A stretch of 64,000 nt of DNA from Ignavibacteria bacterium (GTDB lineage: Bacteria; Bacteroidota; Ignavibacteria; Kapaibacteriales; UBA961). Made by a program: the position numbers and the translations under genes. The notes under the pieces were generated by a model. It made no database searches and was not told the DNA's origin. It saw only the letters and a list, made by a program, of their open reading frames with translations. Position 1 is the stretch's first letter; each line of letters begins with the position of its first letter. Location: assembly GCA_947491315.1 (NCBI GenBank), contig CANLII010000005.1:34552-98551 (forward strand). The letters run 5' to 3'. This document shows, in pieces, positions 29,750-40,331 of this stretch.

Positions 29750-31375
29750 TCAATAATCCATACCACCATGACCCATGGCAGGCATTGGTTTTTCTGCTTC
29801 TGGTTTCTCAACGATTGTAGCTTCAGTTGTCAGAAGCAAGCTGGAAACTGATGCTGCATTCTCAAGTGCAACGCGTGATACTTTAGTTGGATCAATCACG
29901 CCTGCTTTGATCAAGTCTTCATATTGCTCAGTGCGAGCATTGAAGCCAAAAGATCCTGTTCCTTCTTTGATGCGATTTGCAATGACGGATGCTTCGAGAC
30001 CAGCATTTGTCACGATTTGGCGAATCGGCTCTTCTACTGCACGACGAATGATTGCAATACCTGTGTCTTGATCATGATTCTCACCATGAAGATTATCAAG
30101 TACGTGCACAGCGCGCAAATAGGCAACTCCACCACCGGGAACGATACCTTCCTCTACAGCAGCGCGTGTTGCATGCAAAGCATCTTCAACGCGAGCTTTC
30201 TTTTCCTTCATCTCAACTTCAGTTGATGCACCGATTTTGAGTACTGCAACACCACCAGAGAGTTTTGCAAGACGCTCTTGCAATTTCTCGCGATCATAAT
30301 CACTTGAGGTTTTTTCAATTTGTGATTTGATTTCATTGATGCGCTTCTTGATATCATCAGAAGAACCAGCACCTTCAACGATTGTGGTATTGTCTTTATC
30401 AATCGTGATTTTCTTTGCTGTTCCAAGATATTCGATTGTTGCTGTATCGAGTTTATATCCTTTTTCTTCGCTGATTACGGTACCACCAGTAAGAATCGCG
30501 ATATCTTCAAGCATTGCTTTTCTGCGATCACCAAAGCCTGGAGCTTTTACAGCTGCTACACGCAAAGTTCCACGAAGTTTGTTCACAACCAATGTTGCAA
30601 GTGCTTCGCCTTCGATGTCTTCAGCAATGATGACAAGTCCGCGACCTGATTGTGCGGTCTTTTCAAGAATAGGAAGAAGATCTTTAATTGCACCGATTTT
30701 CTTGTCATGAATGAGGATAAATGGATTCTCGAGAACTGTCTCCATTGTATCGGCATCAGTTACAAAATATGGTGAAAGATAACCGCGGTCGAATTGCATA
30801 CCTTCAACAACATCCATGGATGTGTCAGTACCTTTTGCTTCTTCAACGGTGATGACGCCGTCTTTACCAACTTTTTCCATTGCATCTGCAATGAGATTAC
30901 CGATTGTTTCATCATTGTTTGCTGAGATGGTACCAACCTGAGCGATTTCTTTTTTGTCGGTGACCTCGCGACTCATATTCTTGAGTTCGGCTACCAATGT
31001 CTTAACCGCAAGATCGATACCGCGCTTGAGGTCCATTGGATTCGCACCAGCTGTCACATTCTTCAAGCCCTCACGAACGATTGCCTGCGCAAGAACGGTT
31101 GCTGTAGTCGTTCCATCACCAGCTACATCGCTAGTTTTGGAAGCAACTTCTTTAACCATTTGTGCACCAAGATTCTCGATAGGATCTTCGAGCTCAATCT
31201 CTTTTGCAACAGTTACACCGTCTTTTGTCACGGTTGGGGAACCAAATTTTTTGTCAATGATCACATTGCGACCCTTTGGGCCAAGTGTCACTTTAACTGC
31301 ATTGGCGAGTTGATCAACGCCACGCTTGAGCGCTGTACGCGCTTCAACATCAAATGTTATGATTTTCGATGCCAT
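29750..31375 (-). CDS. groL: Chaperonin GroEL (Cpn60)
   Basis: 541 aa. …[13 protein letters not shown]…, the …[11 protein letters not shown]… ATP-binding motif, and a C-terminal GGM repeat (…MGHGGMDY). Confidence 0.95.
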   Translation of the reverse strand: MASKIITFDVEARTALKRGVDQLANAVKVTLGPKGRNVIIDKKFGSPTVTKDGVTVAKEIELEDPIENLGAQMVKEVASKTSDVAGDGTTTATVLAQAIVREGLKNVTAGANPMDLKRGIDLAVKTLVAELKNMSREVTDKKEIAQVGTISANNDETIGNLIADAMEKVGKDGVITVEEAKGTDTSMDVVEGMQFDRGYLSPYFVTDADTMETVLENPFILIHDKKIGAIKDLLPILEKTAQSGRGLVIIAEDIEGEALATLVVNKLRGTLRVAAVKAPGFGDRRKAMLEDIAILTGGTVISEEKGYKLDTATIEYLGTAKKITIDKDNTTIVEGAGSSDDIKKRINEIKSQIEKTSSDYDREKLQERLAKLSGGVAVLKIGASTEVEMKEKKARVEDALHATRAAVEEGIVPGGGVAYLRAVHVLDNLHGENHDQDTGIAIIRRAVEEPIRQIVTNAGLEASVIANRIKEGTGSFGFNARTEQYEDLIKAGVIDPTKVSRVALENAASVSSLLLTTEATIVEKPEAEKPMPAMGHGGMDY

Positions 31376-31413
31376 GAGTATATAACCTCTAGATTAGAAT
31401 TCAATGAAAATGA

Positions 31414-31704
31414 TTATTTAGTCAACACAGCAAAAATATCTGACTCACGCATGATGAGTAGATCCTCGCCATTGACAGAAACCTCTGTTCCTGAGTACTT
31501 GCCATACAAAACAGAATCGCCAACTTTTACTTGCAGTACGCTTACTTTGCCATCATCATTGATTTTTCCAGGGCCTGCAGCGATGATTTCACCCTGCATT
31601 GGCTTTTCTTTTGCCGTATCCGGGATGATGATTCCACCGGATGAAACTTCTTCCGGCTTTGAGGGACGCACGAGAACTCTATCGTGCAAAGGGGTCAAAT
31701 TCAT
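31414..31704 (-). CDS. groS: Co-chaperonin GroES (Cpn10)
   Basis: 96 aa with the canonical mobile loop and …[17 protein letters not shown]…. Lies 38 bp upstream of groEL. Confidence 0.95.
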   Translation of the reverse strand: MNLTPLHDRVLVRPSKPEEVSSGGIIIPDTAKEKPMQGEIIAAGPGKINDDGKVSVLQVKVGDSVLYGKYSGTEVSVNGEDLLIMRESDIFAVLTK

Positions 31705-31752
31705 AAGAACCTCTAACTTGTAAAATGTGAATAAAGAAATGTCAAATTAGAA

Positions 31753-31779
31753 TTAGCACTCTGCCTAAGTGAGTGCTAA
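31753..31779. promoter_or_regulatory. CIRCE operator (HrcA binding site) upstream of groES-groEL
   Basis: TTAGCACTC-tgcctaagt-GAGTGCTAA is a perfect 9-N9-9 match to the CIRCE consensus, about 50 to 75 bp upstream of the groES start codon. Confidence 0.85.
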
Positions 31780-31955
31780 TGGCGGGTGTCTGACGATGCG
31801 TTGGCAATAATTATTGCATGCATGTGGATAACTTCTGTAATAATCTTGGGAATTGGACAAATCTGATAATTTTATCCATATACATTATGACTTTTCCACA
31901 TAGCAAATCCTGTCGAATCCTTATCTTCGCGAGCAGCAAAAGATGGAGGAATGCT

Positions 31956-33140
31956 ATGCTTAGAGATGACATACAACATGGATCGCAGGATATGAAAAAG
32001 CCCGATATCGCACAATCTATTGACGCATTATGGGCTCAGATTCGCCTTTATGCCGATTCATATTCTGCTTTGAAGACCGCTCATGGAGAAATGCAACAAC
32101 AATTGTTCAGCGCGGATAAATTAAGGTTAGCCAAAGAGAAAGAACAAGAGAGAGTCTTGCAAGAACAGAAAGTTCTTAGTGACAGAGTAAAGGCATTGGA
32201 ACGCAGTCTGCATCAAAGTGCTGGATTGCAACAAGAATATGATGTATTGAAAACGGAAGTACAGTCTATCAAAAGAAATGCCGCCAAGTATGATGAGGAG
32301 CTTGCAATAAGACAAGGTCAGATTTCTATTCTTGAAGGAAAACTTGCAGATCTGGCAGGAATGGACAATGTAATGAGATCTATGTTATCAGGTCTTCTGA
32401 AGGAATCTCTTGACATGTCGGAGTTTCCTCAAAATGAAGATGATTTGCGAAAAGCATCGGAAGCGATACTGAAATATATGCACGGTTTGCGGAGTGATGC
32501 TCAAGATAGATTGTCTGAAATCGAGGAATTGCGTTCAGAGATGAAGAATGCTTCTGAGTTCAAGCAATCGAAGGATGCAAATATCGAATCACTCCTCACA
32601 GAAATTGAAGATCTGAGATTGGAGAATAAGAATTTGCTCCGGTCTAAGAAGCAAAGTGAAAAAACAGCTGAATCACACATTGAATCCAATAACTCTGATT
32701 TGCATGCTGAAGTGAAAGATTTGAAACTCCAATTGGAGTTAAAGATTTCCGACATTGATCATATAGCAAATAGATTGCATGAAGCGGAAAATCAATTGGA
32801 TGAAGAAAAAGAAAGAAACCGTGATTTGAAAGATCAGATTATTGCAATGAGAGATTTGAATCCGGATGCCGCCGGTAGGCAATCATCGCTTGAGTCTTCT
32901 GTTGAAAAATTGCGACAAGAGCGAAGTGATTTACAATCAGACATTGACAAATTGCGTGCTGAACAAGATGAAAAAGATGATATCATTTCAGCTCTCCGTA
33001 ATGCAAAAGGAGATTTATTCGATGAAGCTGGGTTCACATCTCTCAAAAAAGAGAATTCCACTTTGAAGAAGGAACGCCTATTGATGGCTGAAAAATTTGA
33101 AGAATTGAAACAACGCTTGGATAAAGCGCTGAATGCATAA
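31956..33140 (+). CDS. Coiled-coil hypothetical protein
   Basis: Long heptad-rich E/K/L/Q sequence over about 390 aa. The ORF is open from 31818, but that start would sit almost on top of the groES promoter/CIRCE region, so the ATG at 31956 is preferred. Confidence 0.4.
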   Translation: MLRDDIQHGSQDMKKPDIAQSIDALWAQIRLYADSYSALKTAHGEMQQQLFSADKLRLAKEKEQERVLQEQKVLSDRVKALERSLHQSAGLQQEYDVLKTEVQSIKRNAAKYDEELAIRQGQISILEGKLADLAGMDNVMRSMLSGLLKESLDMSEFPQNEDDLRKASEAILKYMHGLRSDAQDRLSEIEELRSEMKNASEFKQSKDANIESLLTEIEDLRLENKNLLRSKKQSEKTAESHIESNNSDLHAEVKDLKLQLELKISDIDHIANRLHEAENQLDEEKERNRDLKDQIIAMRDLNPDAAGRQSSLESSVEKLRQERSDLQSDIDKLRAEQDEKDDIISALRNAKGDLFDEAGFTSLKKENSTLKKERLLMAEKFEELKQRLDKALNA

Positions 33141-33153
33141 TTAGAAATAAAGG

Positions 33154-34245
33154 ATGAATATGAAAAACACAAGATTCCATTCAATACATAAGCAAAATGG
33201 TGCCAAAATGGTATCATTTGCCGGCTTTGAAATGCCGATTCAATATTCTGCAGGAATCATTGCAGAACATATGAGCGTGCGTAAAAATATCGGCGTTTTT
33301 GATGTATCGCATATGGGTGAAGTGGAAATTCGTGGACCCCAAGCTTTGGATTATGTTCAGAAGATATCAATTAACGATGCGTCAAAACTTGTTATGAACA
33401 AGGCCCAATATTCAGCTATGTGTTATCCCAATGGCGGAATCATAGATGATATGCTTGTCTATCACAGAGGTGATCATTATATGTTGGTAATCAATGGTGC
33501 TTGTGCCGAAAAAGATATAGCATGGATGCATGAACAAGCACAAGGAATGGATATTACCGTGAATGATATAAGCGATGAGTTAAATCTCTTGGCTGTGCAA
33601 GGACCTAAATCACTGGAAGCCCTGCAAACACTTACAGATGTGAATCTTTCGGAAATCCCATATTATGGTTTTGCCGATGGTGAGCTTGCGGGATTGAACA
33701 TGATCATTTCTCGTACGGGATATACAGGTGAACTTGGTTTTGAATTGTATTTCCGAGGTGATGAAACAGTTTGTGAACAGATTTGGAATGCCTTGTTTGA
33801 AGCGGGCGCTTCGCATGGTATTCAACCTGTCGGACTTGGCGCTCGTGATACTTTAAGACTAGAAAAAGGATATTGTTTATATGGTAATGATATCAATCAA
33901 GACACAAATCCTCTCGAGGCAGGACTCGGCTGGATCACAAAACTTGCAAAGGGAAGTTTCAATGGTTCCGAGGCTATTGCCAAGGTAAAAGAGCAAGGTC
34001 CTTCAAGAAAACTGATTGCATTCAAAGTAGTGGCTGAGAAATTCATAGCGCGTCAACATTATCCGATTCATCATGGTGGGAATCCCGTAGGCGAGGTTAC
34101 AAGTGGTAATATTTCTCCGATATTGAATGTCGGCATCGGACTCGGCTATGTTCCTACGGCTCTTGCTGAACCGGGTACTATCATTCAAATCTCGGCAAGA
34201 GGAAAAGAATTTGATGCGGAAGTGGTGAAATTACCGTTCGTATAA
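33154..34245 (+). CDS. gcvT: Glycine cleavage system T protein (aminomethyltransferase)
   Basis: 363 aa. …GVFDVSHMGE…, …SRTGYTGELGFEL…, and C-terminal barrel domain. Confidence 0.85.
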   Translation: MNMKNTRFHSIHKQNGAKMVSFAGFEMPIQYSAGIIAEHMSVRKNIGVFDVSHMGEVEIRGPQALDYVQKISINDASKLVMNKAQYSAMCYPNGGIIDDMLVYHRGDHYMLVINGACAEKDIAWMHEQAQGMDITVNDISDELNLLAVQGPKSLEALQTLTDVNLSEIPYYGFADGELAGLNMIISRTGYTGELGFELYFRGDETVCEQIWNALFEAGASHGIQPVGLGARDTLRLEKGYCLYGNDINQDTNPLEAGLGWITKLAKGSFNGSEAIAKVKEQGPSRKLIAFKVVAEKFIARQHYPIHHGGNPVGEVTSGNISPILNVGIGLGYVPTALAEPGTIIQISARGKEFDAEVVKLPFV

Positions 34246-34260
34246 TCCACAAATGAATAA

Positions 34261-34300
34261 AAAAAAGGCCTCGCCCTCATTATAGAGAGCGAGGCCTTTT
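34261..34300. terminator. Bidirectional rho-independent terminator between gcvT (+) and the T9SS cargo gene (-)
   Basis: AAAAAAA, then stem GGCCTCGC…GCGAGGCC (8 bp, extendable), then TTTT. Confidence 0.6.
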
Positions 34301-34314
34301 AGTTTCAAGTGCAA

Positions 34315-36819
34315 TTAGCGAATGATTGAGAATTGACCATTCATTACGGCATTGTTTTGCATGATTCTGAACATGTATGCACCAACAGCAAGATCATTCA
34401 CAGGGAATATTATGTGATTGCCATTGATACTTACAGGAAATTCTGAAATCATCATTCCGGTATTTGAGAAAATTCTGACTGTTACATCACCTTGCATTGT
34501 GATACCTGAAATAGTGATCTGTGTATTCGCTGGATTTGGATATACATCCTCACCAAGAATCATAGAAGGTTCTTCGACTGACAATGCGCTGCTGCCCATT
34601 GTGATGGAACTGTTCACTATTCTTGCAGTCACATAATCTGTTGAAATAGATCCAAAGGCAGGTTCAAAATCGACCATGTCGGCCATGATGGAAAATGTGC
34701 CTTGGCCCAAATCAAACATGGAATATGTTCCTGCATCATCACTCATTGCATAGTCTGCGATATCATTGTTCTCATCGAGAGCAAATAGGAGAGCGCCACC
34801 AAGTTCTTGTTCTGCAAATGGAGATTCAGCTTTTGTCATCATGCCACGACCTTTGATGATCCCATCAACACGAGCGGCACCACGCTTGCCAAGTAGCGGA
34901 CGAAGACGAATGTCATATACAAGAGTGATCATCACTTCACCAACTTCAATTCTTTTTGCTTCTTTCCATGACATGGCAGCAAAGCCGGTTGATGTATAGA
35001 AGCCGGGAGCATAAGTACGGGTATTTGGAATACCTTGAATGATATACATGCCTGGCTCAATATTTGAGAACAAAGCATTACCATTTGAATCGGTTTCAAT
35101 GGTGATGGCCATTCCTTTTTTAGGTTCTTTGTCTTTTTGAACCGGAATCAATGTCACACGACCTTTAATACCAATACCATTTGTATCTTTCAGAGCAACT
35201 GCAAGACCATTAGTATAGACTGCTTTTTTGAGCAATGTGAAATTGATCACCATAATATCATTCACAGTGAATCGGAGGGCATTATTAGCATTGAGCTTGC
35301 CATCATAATAGACATGTGTATGTGTCTTAGCCAATGCTTCATTTGGAGTTGCCATCGCGATATATGTCATTCCTGCAGGAACTTCAATGCGATAATTACC
35401 TTGTGCATTTGTTTTGACTGCGAATCTCATCCCGCCGTCCTTGCTTCCGCCATTTCTTTCAATGATCATGAATGAAACCATTGAATTGGGAACAGGATTG
35501 CCATCACTGTCCTTTACCATGCCTTCAATCACTTTCATTGCAGGCTTTTCTTTCAGAGTGACCTTAACAGGGATTTCAGTGATTTTATCGCATTCAGCAA
35601 TTACCACTTTGGCATCGCCCATTTCAACTACATTTTCAAACCATTCAGAAACAAAGCCTTCTCCTTCAAATCTGATTTTGTATGAACCAGCACGAACAAA
35701 TACCATCCATTGTCCATTCTTCACTGTTGTTTCGTAAGAAGAAGGACCCAAATTGTCTTTCTCAAGTCTGATGAATTTTACTTTGCCATTCAAGATTGGA
35801 TTACCATTGTCATCCTTGAGCATTCCAACAAACTTGGAGCAAGGAGGAGCCGGTACATTATCGCAATTTTCTTTGACTGTAATTGTCCAAGATTGATAGG
35901 TCACAAGAGTGTCATTACCTTTGATGAACAAAGCCTTGATCTTGACACGCTGTGAACCAACTTCAGTTGGTGTCCATGTCAAGCGACCTGATTTCTCATC
36001 AATTGAAATGCCATCGATTTGTTCGAATAAAGACCACATCACAGTTCCGCCATCAGATGGAACAGTTGCGACTGCTTCATACACATACAGCTTATTGAGA
36101 CATGCAATTTCTTTTGGCTTGGATTTGATTTCAAAGTTTTTCTTTTCTGTACCAACAATGATTTTGAATGTCTTTGCTGCTTGTGATCTTGGGGCTTCGA
36201 GCATCCAAGATGTTACAATTATCTCATAAGTACCAGGAACAGGATTCGCCCATTCAATTTTGCCTTTGTCAGATATGGTCATTCCCGGAGGTGCTTTTTC
36301 AAGCTTATATGCGAAACCGCCTTTATAACTTTCAGGGTATTGAAGTTTGACTTGATAATAATATGATTTCCCTTCGGGAATGTTCTGAATCAATGGATCG
36401 ATTATGATACCAAAAGTATTTGGTTCCTCTCCGCGAATCGTGATTGAAACCTTCTCCGATGGTTCGCTTTGAGCACCTTTGGATCTGGTCACGACATAAA
36501 ACTTATGCGTGCCTGCTGGAAGATCCTTTACAGTGGCAGTAGTTTTCCATGTTTCGATGATTGCTTTGAAATCGGTTGGTACATTTCCTACTATTGATGC
36601 CATGTACACAACATATTGTAATGTAGTGTCATCCGATGGGGCAATCCAGGATAATATAGCAGTGGCGGGTGCGAAACCATTTCCTTCAGGAATGACTCTG
36701 AATTCTTTTGGCTTGCCGGGTGCATTAGCCAAAACGAGCGAAGTCATGGAAAGAAAAAGCATCAGCATGCTCAATAATGAGCGTGAGAATCGTAATGCTT
36801 GGACCATGATGGACCTCAA
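34315..36819 (-). CDS. Large secreted multi-domain cell-surface protein with T9SS C-terminal sorting domain
   Basis: N-terminal signal peptide. Several Ig/FN3-like and carboxypeptidase-regulatory (transthyretin-like) beta-sandwich repeats. The C-terminal about 80 aa (…VYPNPANTQITISGI…GAYMFRIMQNN…GQFSIIR) match a type-A Por/T9SS secretion-system C-terminal domain. Confidence 0.6.
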   Translation of the reverse strand: MRSIMVQALRFSRSLLSMLMLFLSMTSLVLANAPGKPKEFRVIPEGNGFAPATAILSWIAPSDDTTLQYVVYMASIVGNVPTDFKAIIETWKTTATVKDLPAGTHKFYVVTRSKGAQSEPSEKVSITIRGEEPNTFGIIIDPLIQNIPEGKSYYYQVKLQYPESYKGGFAYKLEKAPPGMTISDKGKIEWANPVPGTYEIIVTSWMLEAPRSQAAKTFKIIVGTEKKNFEIKSKPKEIACLNKLYVYEAVATVPSDGGTVMWSLFEQIDGISIDEKSGRLTWTPTEVGSQRVKIKALFIKGNDTLVTYQSWTITVKENCDNVPAPPCSKFVGMLKDDNGNPILNGKVKFIRLEKDNLGPSSYETTVKNGQWMVFVRAGSYKIRFEGEGFVSEWFENVVEMGDAKVVIAECDKITEIPVKVTLKEKPAMKVIEGMVKDSDGNPVPNSMVSFMIIERNGGSKDGGMRFAVKTNAQGNYRIEVPAGMTYIAMATPNEALAKTHTHVYYDGKLNANNALRFTVNDIMVINFTLLKKAVYTNGLAVALKDTNGIGIKGRVTLIPVQKDKEPKKGMAITIETDSNGNALFSNIEPGMYIIQGIPNTRTYAPGFYTSTGFAAMSWKEAKRIEVGEVMITLVYDIRLRPLLGKRGAARVDGIIKGRGMMTKAESPFAEQELGGALLFALDENNDIADYAMSDDAGTYSMFDLGQGTFSIMADMVDFEPAFGSISTDYVTARIVNSSITMGSSALSVEEPSMILGEDVYPNPANTQITISGITMQGDVTVRIFSNTGMMISEFPVSINGNHIIFPVNDLAVGAYMFRIMQNNAVMNGQFSIIR

Positions 36820-36840
36820 AATATAAATGTATAAAAGTGC

Positions 36841-37575
36841 TTAAAAAGAAATTTTCATGATTGATCTTCCGCTCGAATTAGACCGGAATTTTTTGTCAAG
36901 GGATTCAATCTCAACCGCATTCAAAGCAAAACCTGACTCGATGAATACTGTTATAACTGGTTTTCCTTGAGGCATCTGAGTTCTTAATGCATAGACATAG
37001 GTATCGGCATGATTGTAACCGTTGGAATCTTCAAGCAAATCAAATTCTCTCTCAGATCTATGTATTTTGAATCCATTGGTACCATCTTTCTTTTTGGAGA
37101 AGATATAGGTTTTAAGTCTGAATTTCTTCAACATTGCAGCCGTTCTTTGTCTTGGTCCGGGAATATTATCGAAGATTGGAACCTTGATGCTGTCAAATTC
37201 ACATGCAAGAGATATCGGTAAAACTTCTTCATAACGAGAAGAATCACTTACATCGGTGACAATGCTATATTTCACAGTCAATTTGAGTGAGTCTCTAACT
37301 GTGGTATCAATATGTATTCTCTCAAGATTGTACGATCTAAATGAAAATCTACTTTCTTCGGGTGGATCATTTGGTATATATCTCATGGATCTACCACCAC
37401 CGTCTATTGAGAAGCGCATGGTTGACATTGCAACCGGATTTGTTGGCATTGGCACTTCATTCACATTTTGATCGAGATCTATAGGAGATTTACACCCAAT
37501 CAATCCGTAAAAAAGGATGGAAGTCAATATGACAAGATGCTTGATATGATTCGTATAATTGTTCATGTGCATCAT
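36841..37575 (-). CDS. Hypothetical lipoprotein
   Basis: Signal peptide with lipobox (YGLIGC). Its start overlaps the stop of the upstream anti-sigma gene by 4 nt. Confidence 0.4.
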   Translation of the reverse strand: MMHMNNYTNHIKHLVILTSILFYGLIGCKSPIDLDQNVNEVPMPTNPVAMSTMRFSIDGGGRSMRYIPNDPPEESRFSFRSYNLERIHIDTTVRDSLKLTVKYSIVTDVSDSSRYEEVLPISLACEFDSIKVPIFDNIPGPRQRTAAMLKKFRLKTYIFSKKKDGTNGFKIHRSEREFDLLEDSNGYNHADTYVYALRTQMPQGKPVITVFIESGFALNAVEIESLDKKFRSNSSGRSIMKISF

Positions 37576-38819
37576 AAGATTATGGAAATTCCATAGAGTA
37601 AGTCAAGTTTTTGTGAATCAAATGCATTTCCTTGGAATTGGAATTGCATATAGGATTGCTCAAGACCCAATTGCAGTGAGATATTATTGCTGATTGGATA
37701 TGCAATACCCAAGCCCAATCTTCCGAGCACTCCGATTTCGGTACCACCCGCCACTGCTTGAGCATAGAATCTGGAATTACCAAGATTTTCAAATGCTGAG
37801 GTTCTGCCTTGTAAGAATAAACCACCCGTCAGCATTGGTGAATACTGATTGAAGACAAATGGTCTGTCCTCTTTGATTCCATTATAATTCAATACAAATG
37901 GCTCTCTGCCTGCTTCCAAGCCGACTGAAAAATGCTCTCCCAATGACCAAGCAAATGTCACTCTTGAATTGTCAAAAATACCCATCTGTTCGCGAATGCC
38001 CGAATACTCAGGAGATTGTAATGAGGACAAGCCTCGGAATTGCATCCAAAATTGCGGGTATTTGATTGGCTCAACATTTGAAACAGTAGCATTTGGAGCT
38101 GCAATCTGATTTGAAGATTGCTTTTCAATTGTACTAAATTGTTCAGCCTGCTTAGAGTTTTCTAGTGTTTGAGTATTCGTTTCGGATAAGACCTCTTTCG
38201 CGGTATTCTTATTCAATGGGGATTCAGAACCATTCTGATTTTCTATAGTTTGTACAGCAGCGCTTTGATTCACCGAAATGGGTGGCAATATGATCATAGG
38301 AGTGACGCTTGCCATATTTCTCATGCGATCCTTATACACTATTCTAACCGGTGCGGACTGTTGCAATACTATCGTAGGAACATTTGGTGAAATGCCGGTC
38401 GAGATAAGAGGTGCAAAACCACCTATAGAACCTTGTTTTCTCATTAATTGCAATGTTTCATCTTTTTCATTTGATGAGAAAGAATCACCGATTCCATACC
38501 CTCCCGCCAAACCCAAAGCCAAGAATGCTAGAGGCAAAATGGCTTTTTTCCATCCCAATTTGCCTTTTTCAGCAGATTGGGTTGCCATTCCCAATTGTGA
38601 AAATACTGCATCTTTTGCTCCCGGTGGTGGGGTGAATGCTTCTATGTCATGAGGAATTACATTTCGGATCGAGACGAGTTCGCGCATGGCAGAGCGCGAA
38701 TCTTCTGAATTTGATGCGAGTGAATTGAACATAACGCCTTCTTTCTCGATCGGTAATTCACCATCGAGATAGGAAGTGATGAGTTCATCAATATGTTCGG
38801 GTTTTTGTTGCTGTTCCAT
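37572..38819 (-). CDS. Putative anti-sigma factor (single-pass membrane protein)
   Basis: Lies immediately downstream of the ECF sigma gene (19 nt gap). The short cytoplasmic N-terminal domain (…ELITSYLDGELP…) resembles an anti-sigma N-domain, followed by one TM helix (AILPLAFLALGLAGGY) and a large C-terminal extracytoplasmic domain. Confidence 0.5.
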   Translation of the reverse strand: MEQQQKPEHIDELITSYLDGELPIEKEGVMFNSLASNSEDSRSAMRELVSIRNVIPHDIEAFTPPPGAKDAVFSQLGMATQSAEKGKLGWKKAILPLAFLALGLAGGYGIGDSFSSNEKDETLQLMRKQGSIGGFAPLISTGISPNVPTIVLQQSAPVRIVYKDRMRNMASVTPMIILPPISVNQSAAVQTIENQNGSESPLNKNTAKEVLSETNTQTLENSKQAEQFSTIEKQSSNQIAAPNATVSNVEPIKYPQFWMQFRGLSSLQSPEYSGIREQMGIFDNSRVTFAWSLGEHFSVGLEAGREPFVLNYNGIKEDRPFVFNQYSPMLTGGLFLQGRTSAFENLGNSRFYAQAVAGGTEIGVLGRLGLGIAYPISNNISLQLGLEQSYMQFQFQGNAFDSQKLDLLYGISIIL

Positions 38820-38837
38820 GTATTTTATCTGTGTATT

Positions 38838-39419
38838 TCAATGTTTGGAGATATCTGCAATGTATGGAGCAAGTATTTCTCTGATTTTCTGTTTAGCTCT
38901 GTAAATTCTAATTTTAACTGTTGAAAGTGAGCTTTCAGTCATATCTGCGATTTCTTGATAACTCAATCCTTCATACTCTCTCAGTATAAATGCTTCTTTA
39001 TAGTCAAGTGGTAGCGTTTCCATCGCTTGAGTAATCAAAGAGAGTAACTCTATTTTTTCATGAGACATATCAAAGGATGAAGGCATGTGATATTCTTCAA
39101 GAGAAATATGACCTTTATTACTCCTCTGCATATTCAAACAAAGATTCCGAGCAATCCTAAGCAGATAAGCGGGCACATTGGACATTTCCCTTTCTTGTTG
39201 AGCACTATTGAAAAACTTAACAAATGTCTCCTGAAAAGCATCCTGTGCACGGTCATAATCGCCCAATATTCTCCGACAATAAGCAAATATTCGGGGTGAA
39301 TAACGGGCGTATAACTCTGCAAATGCCTTCTCAGAACTTGGTTTCTCTAGTTTGAGTGCGGCATACAGCTCTATATCTGACATCTTCGCCGGATGATTGG
39401 TCATACGCTTTAATAACAT
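38838..39419 (-). CDS. RNA polymerase sigma-70 factor, ECF subfamily
   Basis: 193 aa. Region 2 (…FAELYARYSPRIFAYCRR…) and region 4 HTH (…EGLSYQEIADMTESSLSTVKIRIYRA…). Confidence 0.8.
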   Translation of the reverse strand: MLLKRMTNHPAKMSDIELYAALKLEKPSSEKAFAELYARYSPRIFAYCRRILGDYDRAQDAFQETFVKFFNSAQQEREMSNVPAYLLRIARNLCLNMQRSNKGHISLEEYHMPSSFDMSHEKIELLSLITQAMETLPLDYKEAFILREYEGLSYQEIADMTESSLSTVKIRIYRAKQKIREILAPYIADISKH

Positions 39420-39586
39420 TTTGATACAAATTTAGTTACATTTCCCTCCATACATCCCATGCATTCAAATAGATCCAGTAGTTGGACTTATGATATTTGA
39501 TTCCCTGATGGTTTCCGACTCATCATGCGCTTTGCTATCTTTGAGAAGAACAAAGAGTGTTATATCTATAAAAATGGGACTTATTC

Positions 39587-40327
39587 ATGGATTTTTTGCA
39601 GGTTTTTCTGACTCCTGAGGGGTTATTTAGTTTATTGACCCTCTCACTTTTAGAAATTGCATTGGGTATTGACAATGTGATTTTTGTATCGATTATTATT
39701 AGCAAATTACCGGCTGAACAACATGCCAAAGCCCGAAAAATATGGATTGTAGGTGCCTTGATTTTGCGTATTCTCTTGCTTATGAGCATTTCCTATCTGG
39801 CAGGACTTGTATATCCAATATTCTCCATGATAGGACATGACTTTTCCGGAAGGGATCTCATCATGGTATTCGGTGGATTGTTTCTTTTGGGAAAAAGCAC
39901 GCTTGAAATTCATTCGAAATTGGAAGGTGAACATTCGGAAAATACAAATGGTGTGGCCAAGAGTGCATTCTATATAGTGATTGGACAAATCCTCTTGATT
40001 GATCTTGTATTTTCTCTTGATTCAGTCATTACGGCGATTGGTTTGGCCAATAATATTTCCATTATGGTGGCTTCTATCATCATTGCATTAGCCATAATGT
40101 TGCTTTCTGCAACAGCAATCAGCGAATTTGTGGATAAACACCCCACCCTCAAGATTCTCGCATTGTCATTTCTTCTCATGGTTGGTTTAACATTATTCGT
40201 TGAGGGATTCGGAGTTCATGTTCCCAAAGGATATATCTATTCTGCCATGGCTTTCTCATTGCTTGTGGAGACCTTGAATATCAAACTTAACAAGAAAACA
40301 AAATTTCCACCTGTACATTTGCGATAA
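39587..40327 (+). CDS. TerC-family integral membrane protein
   Basis: 246 aa, about 7 TM helices. Conserved TerC motifs (…LEIALGIDNVIFVS… and …DLVFSLDSVITAIGL…). Confidence 0.75.
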   Translation: MDFLQVFLTPEGLFSLLTLSLLEIALGIDNVIFVSIIISKLPAEQHAKARKIWIVGALILRILLLMSISYLAGLVYPIFSMIGHDFSGRDLIMVFGGLFLLGKSTLEIHSKLEGEHSENTNGVAKSAFYIVIGQILLIDLVFSLDSVITAIGLANNISIMVASIIIALAIMLLSATAISEFVDKHPTLKILALSFLLMVGLTLFVEGFGVHVPKGYIYSAMAFSLLVETLNIKLNKKTKFPPVHLR

Positions 40328-40331
40328 AACA

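Noticed and set aside
29775-31313. Multiple 60-190 aa ORFs antisense to or nested within groEL (and similarly within guaB, smc, the PBP and the cyclase).
   Set aside because: They lie inside well-supported conserved genes and lack independent signals. They are typical random ORFs in AT-rich sequence.
31818-31955. Upstream in-frame ATG at 31818 as the start of the coiled-coil gene.
   Set aside because: It would put the start only about 40 bp from the CIRCE/groES promoter region. The ATG at 31956 leaves a plausible divergent promoter space.
39420-39586. Expected yybP-ykoY (Mn2+) riboswitch upstream of the TerC-family gene.
   Set aside because: I could not find the conserved GGGGAGUAG-type core or paired helices in the 167 bp leader. 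It is not supported from sequence alone.
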